DNA of 64,000 bases from Chiloscyllium plagiosum. Lineage: Eukaryota. The stretch is taken from assembly GCF_004010195.1 (NCBI RefSeq), contig NC_057725.1, positions 57,533,757 to 57,597,756 on the forward strand, read 5' to 3'. The position numbers and the translations under genes are program-made. Under the pieces are notes generated by a model. The model had not been told where the DNA came from, did no database searches, and saw only the letters and a list, made by a program, of their open reading frames with translations. Each line of letters opens with the position of its first letter. Position 1 is the first letter of the stretch. Shown piece after piece: positions 37,157 to 48,861 of this stretch.

Positions 37157-39336
37157 GTAATGTGACCGTAACCACCTTAATTGTTAATTGTGGTGATAGT
37201 AACAGCAGTGTTCAGTATCATACTGTTAGAAGTGTACCTTTTGCCAACAATGGATTAAATTTCTTCAAAGCTAAAACAACACTGCTCTGTGTGCATGACA
37301 AATATCCTGAGTTCAGCAATTATGCCTTGGGCTGGAGTTGTACTGGATAAGCTCTGAACTTTCACTGGCATTGCTTCTTGAAGCAGTGCCCTGATGCCTG
37401 ACTGCTTCATTGAGGGTTCTTGTAGTCTGGTGAGGGGTACTGCTGCTTCTGCTCGAAGGCGTGTTAGCACAAAAGTGGCAGCCTCCCCCTGTCCATTTGT
37501 TCTGTGGGTGATCTTTTGGACTGGCTGAGAAGGCAGGTTCAAAGAAAACAGATGGACACAGCTAAGATTCCTGCTACAAAGTGCTGCAGTCACAACACGG
37601 CAATGCTTTCTGAAGGTCATGTGGAGTGTTAGCAAGATAACCGACCAAACGCTGGATGGATTTGGCTTCAGACCAGTTAATGCAGTCATACCTTGGAGTT
37701 TTCTGGTGTGTAAAATACCAGAGAGAATGTATTGCTGGGGGTTGGAGCGAATGAAAAGAATCCAGGATTGCTTAACGTTCAAGAGGAATGTTAAAAGAAC
37801 CAAATATGTAATTTGAGGAAGCTTCTGTCTGAGTGATGATGTCAAGCGAAAGAACAGTCCAAAAAATAACCTCCTTATTGATACCAGAGTTTGCAGACTT
37901 ACCAAGCTGACGGAATGTGAGCATCCTCACCATGCTCTAATTTCAAACATCACTCTCTGTCAGAGCCGCTACTAAACGGACAACTTGAGTCTGGTCGGAG
38001 CTGGTTTCAGCTGGGCCTGAATTTAGTGTGTTACACTTGACCACTGCATTTCACATGAGATGTGAGAACCTTTGAGGAGATCATAGCAGCAATGGAGAAA
38101 CCTGGGTGCAGAGCTTGCCAAACTCTGCTCAGCGTGTCGCTAATCCTGAGCCGTCAGAGACCTCCACAAAGGTGGTCAATCTGGAATGGCAACAGAAGGA
38201 GAATAAGGTTCTGCCCTTACTTGCAGAGGTGATGTGTGCCTTTTGAAAAGAGAGAGAGAGCAAGATATTGGAGACTTCCATATCAAACATGAGAAGCCTC
38301 AGGCCTATACTCTGATGCTCAGTTCCTATGGAAAGAGTGAGTCACCACAGACCAGACAGAAAACAGAGGCCACGTTTGCCTTGATCCACCCTGCGCAGGG
38401 TAGAGACGACCCTCCCTGTGGCTGTTCAGTGGCTCACTGAAATGCTGTCCAGCTTCTCGCTGGCATGGGATTGTCGGTGAGGCCTTGAGAGGGAAGGTGG
38501 TGAAAGGGCATATGGAGTGGGCATGCTGCTAAAAGGCCCTCCCATCCTGCACTTCCAATCTTCTCAGGAGATCCCTATCCTCTGGAAACCTATGCTGTAT
38601 GGAGTGATGCGCGTCTCTGATCCTGAATCACACCTACAGTAACTTTGCACCAACGTGGATTCTGTTTTATTGTAGCTCTCCATGAGCAATGCGGCTTCTT
38701 ACAGGTGTCAAGAGCCATGTGCTTGGACAATAACCCTTGACTTTAAGAGACTGACTCTACTAGGAGTTGCAAAGACCCTTCCTGTGGTCACAATCCAACT
38801 GAAGATGGAAGGAGATTCTTTTGTCTTGACAAAGTCTGCTGGTTGATCAGAGGTCACTTGGATTATCATGTGTTCAATCTATGACTCTGAACGTGATGGG
38901 AATTCAACCATTCCAAGCCCTGTCTGCTCTGTCTGGCCTTGACATTAACAGTTACCTTAGAGAGATACTTGTGCAAAGCAGATTGAAATCTGACAGCTAG
39001 CAATCCCTTCAGATGAAAATCACGACTGTTGCGATCTTGGCAGCCAATGGCAAGATGTGTCCTCTGGGTGCAGTGGGATAGAGACCTAGTTCCAAAAGAA
39101 CCCAAATGTTGCCCATGATCTTCCCTGAAACACTCAGACATTGCTCGTCCATTATCTTGAGAAAGCTGATTCCTATCCACCCCTCCCCCACCCACCCCAA
39201 TATAAAAGCCGAATATGTTGATCCTGGCAATCTGAAATCAAATAGGAGATGCTGGAGAGCTCAGCGTTATGTAGAGAGAGATACTGAGTTAACATTTTTG
39301 AGTTCGATATGATCTCTTCAGAACCTGACTCTGTAT

Positions 39337-39915
39337 ATTGATTGGTTGATTGATTGATTAATTGTGACGTGTATCGAAGTACAGTGAAAAACCTTGTTTA
39401 CAAGCAGTACAGGCAGACCATAGTAAGCAAGGATTTGCAAACCAAAAAATCTTAAACTGAGGCATACAGGTGTGCACTCAACGTGATCCACATTAGCAAG
39501 GTCAGCATTATTTGAGGCTAGAGAATCCATTCATCAGTCTAATAATGGCTGGAAGAGTATGTGTGTGCGTGTGTGTGTGTGTGTGTTCGTTCGTTCGTTC
39601 AGGCTTCATTATCTTCCACCTGATGGAAGAGGTTATAGGAGAGCATTACTGGGGAGCAATGGGTCTTTGATGATGATGGCAGCCTTTCTGCGGTAGTGAG
39701 TCATGTAAGTGGACTGCATGGACATTGGCTTCCATGATGGTCTGGGCTGTGCACACCACCTTCTGTAGTTTCTTTCAGTCCTAGGCAGAGCAGTTTCCAT
39801 ACCAGGCCAGGATGCACCCAGGCAGTGTGTTTTCTATGGTGCACCTGAAGAAGTTGGTGAGGGTCCTTATGGACATACCAATCTTCCTCAGCTTCCTGAG
39901 GAGGAAGACGCTGTT
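39337..39915 (-). mobile_element. Rex1/Babar-type LINE 3' fragment with (TCAA)n tail
   Basis: Collinear with 1945-2930. It sits between older Penelope-tail remnants at 39225-39325 and 39917-39970. Confidence 0.75.
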
Positions 39916-40217
39916 CCTATCTCTGCTGCCTAACTTGCTGAGCTTCTCCAACAATTTTGCTTTGTGACCTCCAGTTCAGGGTCTCCCTCCCCTTGAGTTG
40001 GAGTTGTTTCCAGCCTTTTTGCAGTGCGGAGTAGTATGTTTCTGAATCTCTTGCTCTGCATCGGAGCTTCAATGGAGTGCTACATAGTTCCCGTGATGAA
40101 ATGAAGACCGATAATTGGAACGTACATGTCAGTCTTAGTGACATCCAATGTAACAATCATAACGTCCAAAGTATTGAAAGCTCTAAACATGTTCTCTGAG
40201 TAACAGCCTGTCAAATA

Positions 40218-40545
40218 GGTAGCGGTGGCTCAGTGGTTAACACTGCTACCTCACAGTGCCAAGGACTCAGGTTCAATTCCAGCCTCGGACAGGTGTCTGT
40301 GTGGAGTTTGCACATTTTTTCCTGTGTCTGCGTGGGATTGCTCCGGTTTCCTCCCACAGTCCAAAGATGTGCAGGTTAGGTGAATTGGCCATGCTAAATT
40401 GCCCATAGTGCCCATGGATGTGTTGGTTAGGTTCATTAGTCAGGGGAAATGTAGGGGAATGGGTCTGGGTAGATTACTCTTCAGAGGGTCAGTGTGGACT
40501 TGTTGGGTTGAAGGGCCTGTTTCCACACAGTAAGGATTCTAGATA
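40218..40545 (+). mobile_element. HE1-type V-SINE
   Basis: tRNA head, V-domain and tail. Confidence 0.85.
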
Positions 40546-41047
40546 CAAGGAACATTGCAGAATTGGTCTTTAACCTCCTTCCAGCCTGACTTTGGTAGAG
40601 CAATGTCTTCCCACTCTGCTCTCATGGTCCACCCCCCACAAATCCTGGCATGTTTCGCACAGTTTGTGAAACCCATAAGCTGTGTTTAAAGTCTGAATTG
40701 ACTGCATCTTAGAATAATTGAATTAGAGATCTTGCAGATTCACTAGGGCTTCCTGTGCATTTCTGAACATGCCCAACCAAGGCCAGAAGTCAGCAGGACT
40801 AAGTCAGACTTTTGACACGTTGGCCCTCCTTTTTGACAGATAAAACTCTGCCTGTTTTTGTATCCCAAATCCTGACTCAAATATACCTGAGTGACCTATC
40901 GTATAGTTGTTATTAATATAGATCTGATAAAATGTCTAGACTGGAATTGAACCATGCCCAGAGCAGACAGGAACCATCTATACCGGTGAGGTTCAGAAAT
41001 ACTGAATGTGGTCAGGAATTTGTTTATTGTAATTTAAGATTGACCTC

Positions 41048-41118
41048 ATGCGGGCCTGACAGGAACAACCAAAGGGCTGGATATGGCCCGCGGGCCGTAA
41101 AATGCCCAGGTCTGCTCT
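41048..41118. mobile_element. Possible hAT-Charlie-like non-autonomous DNA transposon end
   Basis: gcgggcc...ggcccgcgggccgtaaaatgcccaggtctg-ctcta resembles Charlie subterminal and terminal motifs. The other end was not identified. Confidence 0.4.
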
Positions 41119-41445
41119 AAACCTTTCCTATTCATGTACCCATCCAGATGCCTTTTAAATGTTGTAATTGTACCAGCCTCCTCCACTTCCTCTGGCAGCT
41201 CATTCCATACATGTTTATGTGTGAAAAAGTTGCCCCTTAGGTCACTTTTAAATCTTCCCCCTCTCACCCTAAACCTATGCCCTTTAGTTCTGCACTCCCC
41301 CACCCCAGGGAAATGACCTTGTTTATTTATCCTATCCATGCCCCTCGTAATTTTGTAAACCTCTATAAGGTCACCCCTCAGCCTTCGACGCTCCAGGGAA
41401 AACAGCCCCAGCCTATTCAGCCTTTCCCTATAGCTCAAATCCTTC
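41115..41445 (-). mobile_element. CR1/HER1-type LINE fragment
   Basis: ORF 41046-41438(-): SYRERLNRLGLFSLERRRLRGDLIEVYKI...WNELPEEV. Confidence 0.9.
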
Positions 41446-42129
41446 CGTAAAATTGCTCATTGAGGATATATTAGTAGACTTTGAACACAACACTGAAACT
41501 ACATTCATCTCCTTCGTCCCTGGGTGGGGTGTCACAAAGAAAGGCGAATTTGATTTTAATCTCCTCGTCGGTTTAATGCCAGGTGAGTCACCAATAATCT
41601 TAGGCTGCATCTGAAAGAGAGAAATGCTTGATTGTGTGGATGGTTCGTGCCTCATTGTGAGACATAATTTATAAGACTTTGAAACTGGAAGGGAGAAACC
41701 AGGTTGAGCAGAAAAATGAGTCAGCGTTGAGGTTTGGAGATTAAGAGCTCCATCTAAGTTTAAGAGTGATTTTTTTTTTTAGAAAATCTGCTGTAGTTTC
41801 CCTTTTCTGGTTTATGTAACTGAATTTACATTACTGCTTTGTCATCACAATTCTGCATAAACGCATCCTTCTCAGGTTGTCTCTGGTTAACAGTTATATC
41901 AGCTCTTCTTTTTATTCTCCCACCATATGTTATCTCGAGCTTTCAAGTAGCACCTCTGCTGCTGAGCAGCTAATTCTACAGATCAGAGATCCAAGTTTAA
42001 CACTTTCAATCTATTGGATTTGGTGCCACCCTGCAAGCCTCTTGCCTACTGAGACATCATAGTAACCTGTGGACCTTGCTGTAATTGTATGAATGGTATT
42101 AGGGGTTTGCATTATCAATCCAATATAAT

Positions 42130-42440
42130 GGGGGAGGTGACAGCTTAGTGGTATTATCACTGGACTGTTAATCCAGAGACTCCGGTAATGTTCTGGGAAG
42201 CTGAGTTCAAATCCCACTACGGCAGATGGTGGAATTTGAATTCTATGAATATCTGCAATTAGGAGTCTAGTGATGACCATGAATCAATTGTCAGGAAAAG
42301 CCCATTTGATTCACTAATATCCTTTAGGGAAGGAAACTGCCATTTATCTGGTCTGGCCTATATGTGACTCCAAATCCACAGCAATTAACAATTAGGGATG
42401 AGCAGGAAATGCTGCCCTAATTCCCACAAATTAATAAAAA
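42130..42440 (+). mobile_element. Family-B SINE
   Basis: tRNA-like head (agttcaaatccc), the family core and the tail. Confidence 0.7.
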
Positions 42441-42551
42441 TGCTACCAAAATGGCATAGCATTGGATTTACGTTAGGGAGTGTTCATACTCCATTTTTCC
42501 TCTCCCCCAACCTTCATTTATTAATCTGTTGTCAGTTGGCCACTAAGAACT

Positions 42552-43731
42552 AGAGCTGGAAATGTGTTGCTGGAAAAGCGCAGCAGGTCAGGCAGCATCC
42601 AGGAAACAGGAGAATCGACATTTCGGGCATAAGCCCTTCTTCAGGAATGAGGAAAGTGTGTCCAGCAGGCTAAGATAAAAGGTAGGGAGGAGGGACTTGG
42701 GGGAGGGGCGTTGGAAATGCGATAGGTGGAGGGAGGTCAAGGTGAGGGTGATAGGCCGGAGTGGGGTGGGGGCGGAGAGGTCAGGAAGANNNNNNNNNNN
42801 NNNNNNNNNNNNNNNNNNNNNNNNNNNNNNNNNNNNNNNNNNNNNNNNNNNNNNNNNNNNNNNNNNNNNNNNNNNNNNNNNNNNNNNNNNNNNNNNNNNN
42901 NNNNNNNNNNNNNNNNNNNNNNNNNNNNNNNNNNNNNNNNNNNNNNNNNNNNNNNNNNNNNNNNNNNNNNNNNNNNNNNNNNNNNNNNNNNNNNNNNNNN
43001 NNNNNNNNNNNNNNNNNNNNNNNNNNNNNNNNNNNNNNNNNNNNNNNNNNNNNNNNNNNNNNNNNNNNNNNNNNNNNNNNNNNNNNNNNNNNNNNNNNNN
43101 NNNNNNNNNNNNNNNNNNNNNNNNNNNNNNNNNNNNNNNNNNNNNNNNNNNNNNNNNNNNNNNNNNNNNNNNNNNNNNNNNNNNNNNNNNNNNNNNNNNN
43201 NNNNNNNNNNNNNNNNNNNNNNNNNNNNNNNNNNNNNNNNNNNNNNNNNNNNNNNNNNNNNNNNNNNNNNNNNNNNNNNNNNNNNNNNNNNNNNNNNNNN
43301 NNNNNNNNNNNNNNNNNNNNNNNNNNNNNNNNNNNNNNNNNNNNNNNNNNNNNNNNNNNNNNNNNNNNNNNNNNNNNNNNNNNNNNNNNNNNNNNNNNNN
43401 NNNNNNNNNNNNNNNNNNNNNNNNNNNNNNNNNNNNNNNNNNNNNNNNNNNNNNNNNNNNNNNNNNNNNNNNNNNNNNNNNNNNNNNNNNNNNNNNNNNN
43501 NNNNNNNNNNNNNNNNNNNNNNNNNNNNNNNNNNNNNNNNNNNNNNNNNNNNNNNNNNNNNNNNNNNNNNNNNNNNNNNNNNNNNNNNNNNNNNNNNNNN
43601 NNNNNNCTGAAGAAGGGCTTATGCCCGAAATGTCGATTCTCCTGTTCCCTGGATGCTGCCTGACCTGCTGTGCTTTTCCAGCAACACATTTCCAGCTCTG
43701 ATCTCCAGCATCTGCAGACCTCACTTTCTCC
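42552..43731. mobile_element. Penelope-like insertion with inverted ends and a TSD, spanning the assembly gap
   Basis: cactaagaactaga at 42541-42554 and 43731-43744. The left arm is a minus-strand tail and the right arm a plus-strand tail. Confidence 0.85.
42790..43606. other. Assembly gap (817 N)
   Basis: Run of n. Confidence 1.
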
Positions 43732-44109
43732 ACTAAGAACTAGATTTTCATGTCAGAGGTAGGGATTAAAGCATTGTAGGCTCGTCCAGTCTTCAGGAGC
43801 CCATCACAAGGTTGTTGGGAAGTGGGATCTCCTTAGGAGAAGAAACCACTTTTGCCAGGGGCAGGTCTGTTGTCTCGGATGGTAGACTTGAGGTGGGACG
43901 ATCCTGCTAAAGAGCCAAGCTCAGCTGCCATTCTCCTTTGGTTCTCTGAAGGGATTGTGAAAATTCGATCACAATAGATACCCACCCAAAATTTGACCCT
44001 TTGCTGGAGTTGCCTCCATACCTCTAATCCCTCCTATTCTGACTCCCCTTGATCTTAACCTCCCTCCAAATGGCACAATAAAGTTCTGAAAATCCTCTGC
44101 TTTATTTCG

Positions 44110-44708
44110 TAGAAATCATAGAATCCAAACAATGTGGAATCAGGCCATTTGGCCCAACTGGCCCACACCGACCCTCTGAAGAGCATTTCACTCTGACCCC
44201 ATCTTTGCCCTGTATTTCCCATGGCTAACCCACCTAGCCTGTACATCCCTCAAACACTACGGGCAATTTAGCACGGCCAATTCACCTAACCTGCACATAT
44301 TTGGACCGGGTCAAAGAGCTGGAAAAGCACAGCCAGTCAGACAGCATCTGAAGAGCAGGAGAGTCAACGTTAGCTTCTCCTGGTCTCTGGACCCACCCAG
44401 ACACCACCAGCCATGTGGCTGCTCCAGCAGTCCGCTGTGTCTGGGCAGTTCCAGAGGCTGGGAGAAGCTAACATCAACTCTCCTGCTGCTCAGATGCTGC
44501 CTGACCTGCTGTGCTTTTCCAGCACCACACTCTTCGACTTTGATCTCCAGCATCTGCAGTCCTCGCTTTCTCCATCTTTGGACTGTGAGAGGAAACCAGA
44601 GCACCCGGAGGAAACCTCTACAAACACACACAGACATTTGCCCGAGGCCGGAATTGAATCCGTGTCCCTGCTGCTGTGAGGCAGTAGTGTGAGCCACTGA
44701 GCTGCCCT
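44110..44708 (-). mobile_element. HE1-type SINE with a nested palindromic Penelope insertion (44307-44572)
   Basis: The SINE halves rejoin at cat(a/c)tttggac, duplicated at 44296-44306 and 44573-44583. Confidence 0.82.
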
Positions 44709-45041
44709 TTGTCTGGCAGTATCCTGGCCTTCTCACCATATATTAGTCTGTTCCCTACCGCTTCACAATCATAGTGGTTCCTGACGCCTGGCTGCCCTTG
44801 TGAAAATCCTAAAGGTCTGAGGCTTCGCCTTTTAATAGGGGCACGTGGACCTTCTGCACCCTCATATTTCCTGCACCCTCCCAAAATGGCCACTGGCGAT
44901 AACTGAGGCAAGGAATTTGTCCACACCAGTTGACAATCAGTTTTTGGGCACTGCCACCTCTATTTGATTCATTTCAGGATTCATGTATTCTTAGGAATGG
45001 ATACATGTGCAATTTTATTATACAATTTGACATCTTAGTAC

Positions 45042-45635
45042 TTAGAATCCCTACAGTGTGGAAACAGGCTCTTCAGCCCCACAAGTCCTCACTGTCCCTC
45101 TGAAGAATAACCCACCCAGACCCTTTGCCCTCCCTATAATTCTGTATTTACCCCTGACTAATACATCTCACCTTCACATCCCTATGGGCAATTTGGCATA
45201 GCCAATCTACAGTCAACTGCACATCCCTAGACACTATAGTCAATCTGGAGGAGAAAGTGAGGATTGCAGATGCTGGAGATCAGAGTCGAAGAGTGTGGTG
45301 CTGGAAAAGCACAGCTGGTCAGGCAGCATCCGAGCAGCAGGAGAGTCAACCCCATCAGGAATGAACTCATTCCTGATGAAGAGCCCATGCTTGAAACATC
45401 GACCCTCCTGCCCCCCCCACCCCGGAAGCTGGCCAACCGGCTGCGCCCCTCCAGCACTACACTCCTTGACTACAGCCAATCCACGCTGTCCTGCACATCT
45501 TTGGACTGTGGGAGGAAACCGGAGCACAGGGACGAAACCCACGCAGACACTGGGAGAATCTACAAACTTCACACAGTCAGTCGCCCGAGGGTGGAATCAA
45601 ACCCAGGTCCCTGGTGCTGTGAGACAGCAGTGCTT
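45042..45635 (-). mobile_element. HE1-type SINE with a nested palindromic Penelope insertion (~45247-45468)
   Basis: Imperfect duplication actatagtcaatc 45233-45245 / actacagccaatc 45469-45481. CTGATGA core at 45373. Confidence 0.78.
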
Positions 45636-46094
45636 GATTCAATATATTTTCTAACTGTCAAGGCAGCTGTTTTATTACAAGTGTTTCTCAGTATACCACT
45701 TACTCTCCAGTGTGTGCTTTAATTGTTTTAATTAAATCCATACATTGCCAGAAATAAAATGTCAGTTCACAGTAGGTTTGGATTTTTCTGAGAAATCTAC
45801 TGGAAATATAGGATTAGTGCCAATTAAAAACATAAACTGTAACACGAAGATAATTCATAATTTGTACATACCCATATTGACTACTCAATCATGGTTTGAT
45901 ATTTTGTTCTCCCATTTTATATTTTCCATTTCAAAAAGCTGTTGGTAGAGGCAAACATTTTGAGGTGGAAGTACGGATGCTAGGATAAGTTCAAATATAA
46001 AAATGTCCTTTGGCGCTGACATGAAGAGGTTACCTCCTGTGACCTTCAAAATGTAACTTTTTCTCGATGCACCATCTAGGACTCATGGATTAGA

Positions 46095-46268
46095 CTGCAT
46101 TTATTGAGTATATTTAAGATGGAGATAGATAGGTTCTTGATTGTAAAGGGAATAAAGGGTTACGGGGAGAGAGTGGGAGAATGGGGTTGAGAACCTTATC
46201 AGCCACGATTGAATGGTGGGGCAGACTCGTTCGGCTGAATGGCCTACTTTCTGCTCCTATGTCTTATT
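46095..46268 (+). mobile_element. CR1-type LINE 3' end (second subfamily)
   Basis: tatttaagatggagatagataggttcttg...ggctgaatggcctact..ctgctcctatgtct, similar to 56900-57060. Confidence 0.65.
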
Positions 46269-47572
46269 AAACGCGTTTCTGACTCTGATGTTATCTTGAA
46301 GTGAAATGTTAAATTTGTTCCTCTCTGCAAATACTGACTGATCTGCTGAGTATTTTCAGCATTTTAACATTTCTGTTTCAGACTCCCAGCACCTGCAGTG
46401 TTTTCCTTTATAGTCACTTGCTCAAATGGTACATTCCTTCTGGTTGTTCCATGAGGAAGTGAACGGAGATAATACATATCTTCTAATCAACCAGCTTAGA
46501 GATGTTTATACACACCTTTGCAGCAGGCAGGTCTTGACTAGAAACAGTTGTGTTCTATTTTGCCTTTAAACCTCTTACTCAGAGTTGTTCAGGACAAATC
46601 CTGTGTTGTTTTATAATGCTCATACATTACTGTGTCATTTTAAAAAAAAAAGGTAATCTCAATGTCATAATATGAGCAAGGTGTGGTTCACATACTGGTT
46701 TCTAAAGCATCAAAGGGTGTGTGTGACTCAATATCTCCTGTGCTGTTTTAAATATGTAGTTTAATGTGGAGTTACTGCTGCTAGGATCCACCACACAGCA
46801 TGAATAGGACCAACTCATAGAAGCACAGCAGGAAGGGGTACTACGCTATTAGTGCAGTGTTTCACAAGAATCTTTACAAGGGACTTGTGTTAATAAACCT
46901 AGTTATATTAGTGTGGTTTGTTTTGAAGGGAGCTGGGTTAAACACAAGGCTACCATTTGATATTAATTTGAATATGAACTGGTCATCTGATGCCGTTTTT
47001 AACACTTCTCTGTCACATTGTGTTTATAGATTTCAGATATGAATGTCAACATTAATAATTCACAATTCATGAACAGATACCAATGCTGTGTGTCTACTTT
47101 TGTCATTTGTGTAATGCTTACATATAGTTGCATTTGCTACAATGATCAATCTGGGGGTAGAATAGTACTTCAGTTATTTGATGGGTTGAGGTATAAGTTG
47201 AGTTGCCGCAACAGTGCCGGGTATCCCCAGAGAGACAGATAGTGTCTATCAGTCCAGTGGAGGCCTTCTGGAACCAGTGGACACCAGAGAGGACTGGAAT
47301 GCGTTAACAATCCTGTCAATGTCAACTTATTCAATTCCTTTGACCTTTTCGGGTTGTTTTGTATTATAAATACAAAAATGCCTGCTTAACCTGATACAGG
47401 TACGACAAAAGAATTATGACTAGGATTTGAAGCCCATATGGCTCACTCCGTAGAACATCAGACTTCTAATCTGAGATTACATGTCTCAAATCAAGGTTCA
47501 GAGACTGCTTGTAAAATTTGAGTCCACAATTCTTTTATTTCCTGTGATTGTTTGAAATTCCTGAGCAACTCG

Positions 47573-47860
47573 TACGGTGGCTCAGTGGTTAGCATTGCTG
47601 CCTCACACCAGGGTCCCAGGTTCGGTTCCAGCCTCAGGTGACTCTCTGTGTGGAGTTTGCACATTCTCCCAGTGTCTCCATGGGTTTCCTCCCACAGTTC
47701 AAAGATGTGGGGGTCAGGTGAATTGGCCATGCTAAGTTGCCCATACTGCTAGGTGCATTAGTCAGAGGGAAATGGGTCTGGGTGGGTTCCTCTTTGGAGG
47801 GTCGGTGTGGACTGGTTGGGCCGAAGGGCCTGTTTCTACACTGTAGGGAATCTAATCTAA
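47573..47860 (+). mobile_element. HE1-type V-SINE
   Basis: Head, V-domain and tail. Confidence 0.85.
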
Positions 47861-47977
47861 CTCGTGCTGACCTGTACAGAACGTTTTGTTTTTTTGCAAC
47901 AAAAGTATGAGCTGACTTGTCTAATAGACAACTGAAGTTCCGCCTCTAAAACACAGAACAAAAATGCTCATTAAAAA

Positions 47978-48222
47978 TAGAATCCCTAAGTGTGGAAGCA
48001 GGCCATTCAGTCCATCAAGTCTGCACTGACCTTCCGAAGAACATCCCAACCTGGCCCACCCCCCTACCCTAAGCCTATAACCCTGCAGGATTTAGACTAT
48101 GGGAGGAAAGTGGAGCACCCAGAGGAAACCCACGCAGACACTGGAAGATTGTGCAGACTCCGCACAGCCCTGGGGTGGTCCATGGTGTTGTCAGGCAGCA
48201 ATGCTAACCACGGGACAACCTT
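47978..48222 (-). mobile_element. Diverged HE1-type SINE
   Basis: Reverse-complement tail and V-domain. Confidence 0.7.
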
Positions 48223-48686
48223 CCCATAAAATTCTTAAAAAGTTCTTCCATTGTAACTCCTGTACTTAGTATCTATTGATTCATATCCTTACCTTAGGAA
48301 GGCTATTTCACTTACCTTAATTTACCCATCTCTGCAGTATCCTGTTAGACTATCCCATTGTTAACTAACCAATGCAGTGTGTTTACCTCCTTTACCTGAC
48401 ATCCAAACCCTTTGTAGAAGGAATCTCTGGATGTCAAACATATTCTGTCAGGCCAAGTTGGAATGTTTGGAGAATGATCAGAAAACTGGAAAGCTGTTTG
48501 ATTGGGCACAAGTTAAGCGGATGTTATGAGTCTTGGCATTATTGTAGATAACGATGAGGCTAGTTGTGACTTCAGGGTGGCACACAGGGGATTGTCAAAC
48601 GTGAAAGTGGAACTCAATGTAGGGGGTATGAACTGAGGCACTTTGTGAGGACTAATGCATTGAACTCTGCTTTCGTCTGTGTTTAG

Positions 48687-48861
48687 GAATCCTGTGGAAT
48701 TTGTCTTCCAATGAGAATCTGAAGAACACTCTTGCCCACGATACATTAGAGAGAATCACTGAAGAGATCCTTGCCCCATCCTCGGGCTGGAGTAGTAGTG
48801 TGAATGTCAAGCCATTAGCTTCAGAGGATGAGGTCTTCTACAATGCCACTGGCTACATTCG
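48687..48861 (+). CDS. PKP3: PKP3 coding exon 6 (GILWNLSSNENLK...EVFYNATGYIR)
   Basis: Acceptor tgtgtttag, donor CG|gtactg, 175 nt, phase 1 to 2. Confidence 0.94.

Noticed and set aside
37255-39200. 216-aa minus-strand ORF and adjacent ORFs in intron 5
   Set aside because: No recognisable domain or splice structure. Possibly decayed L1/Tx1-like sequence, but I cannot support that call.
42588-43733. Long ORFs of 294-381 aa in the ORF track
   Set aside because: Artefacts of translating through the N gap.
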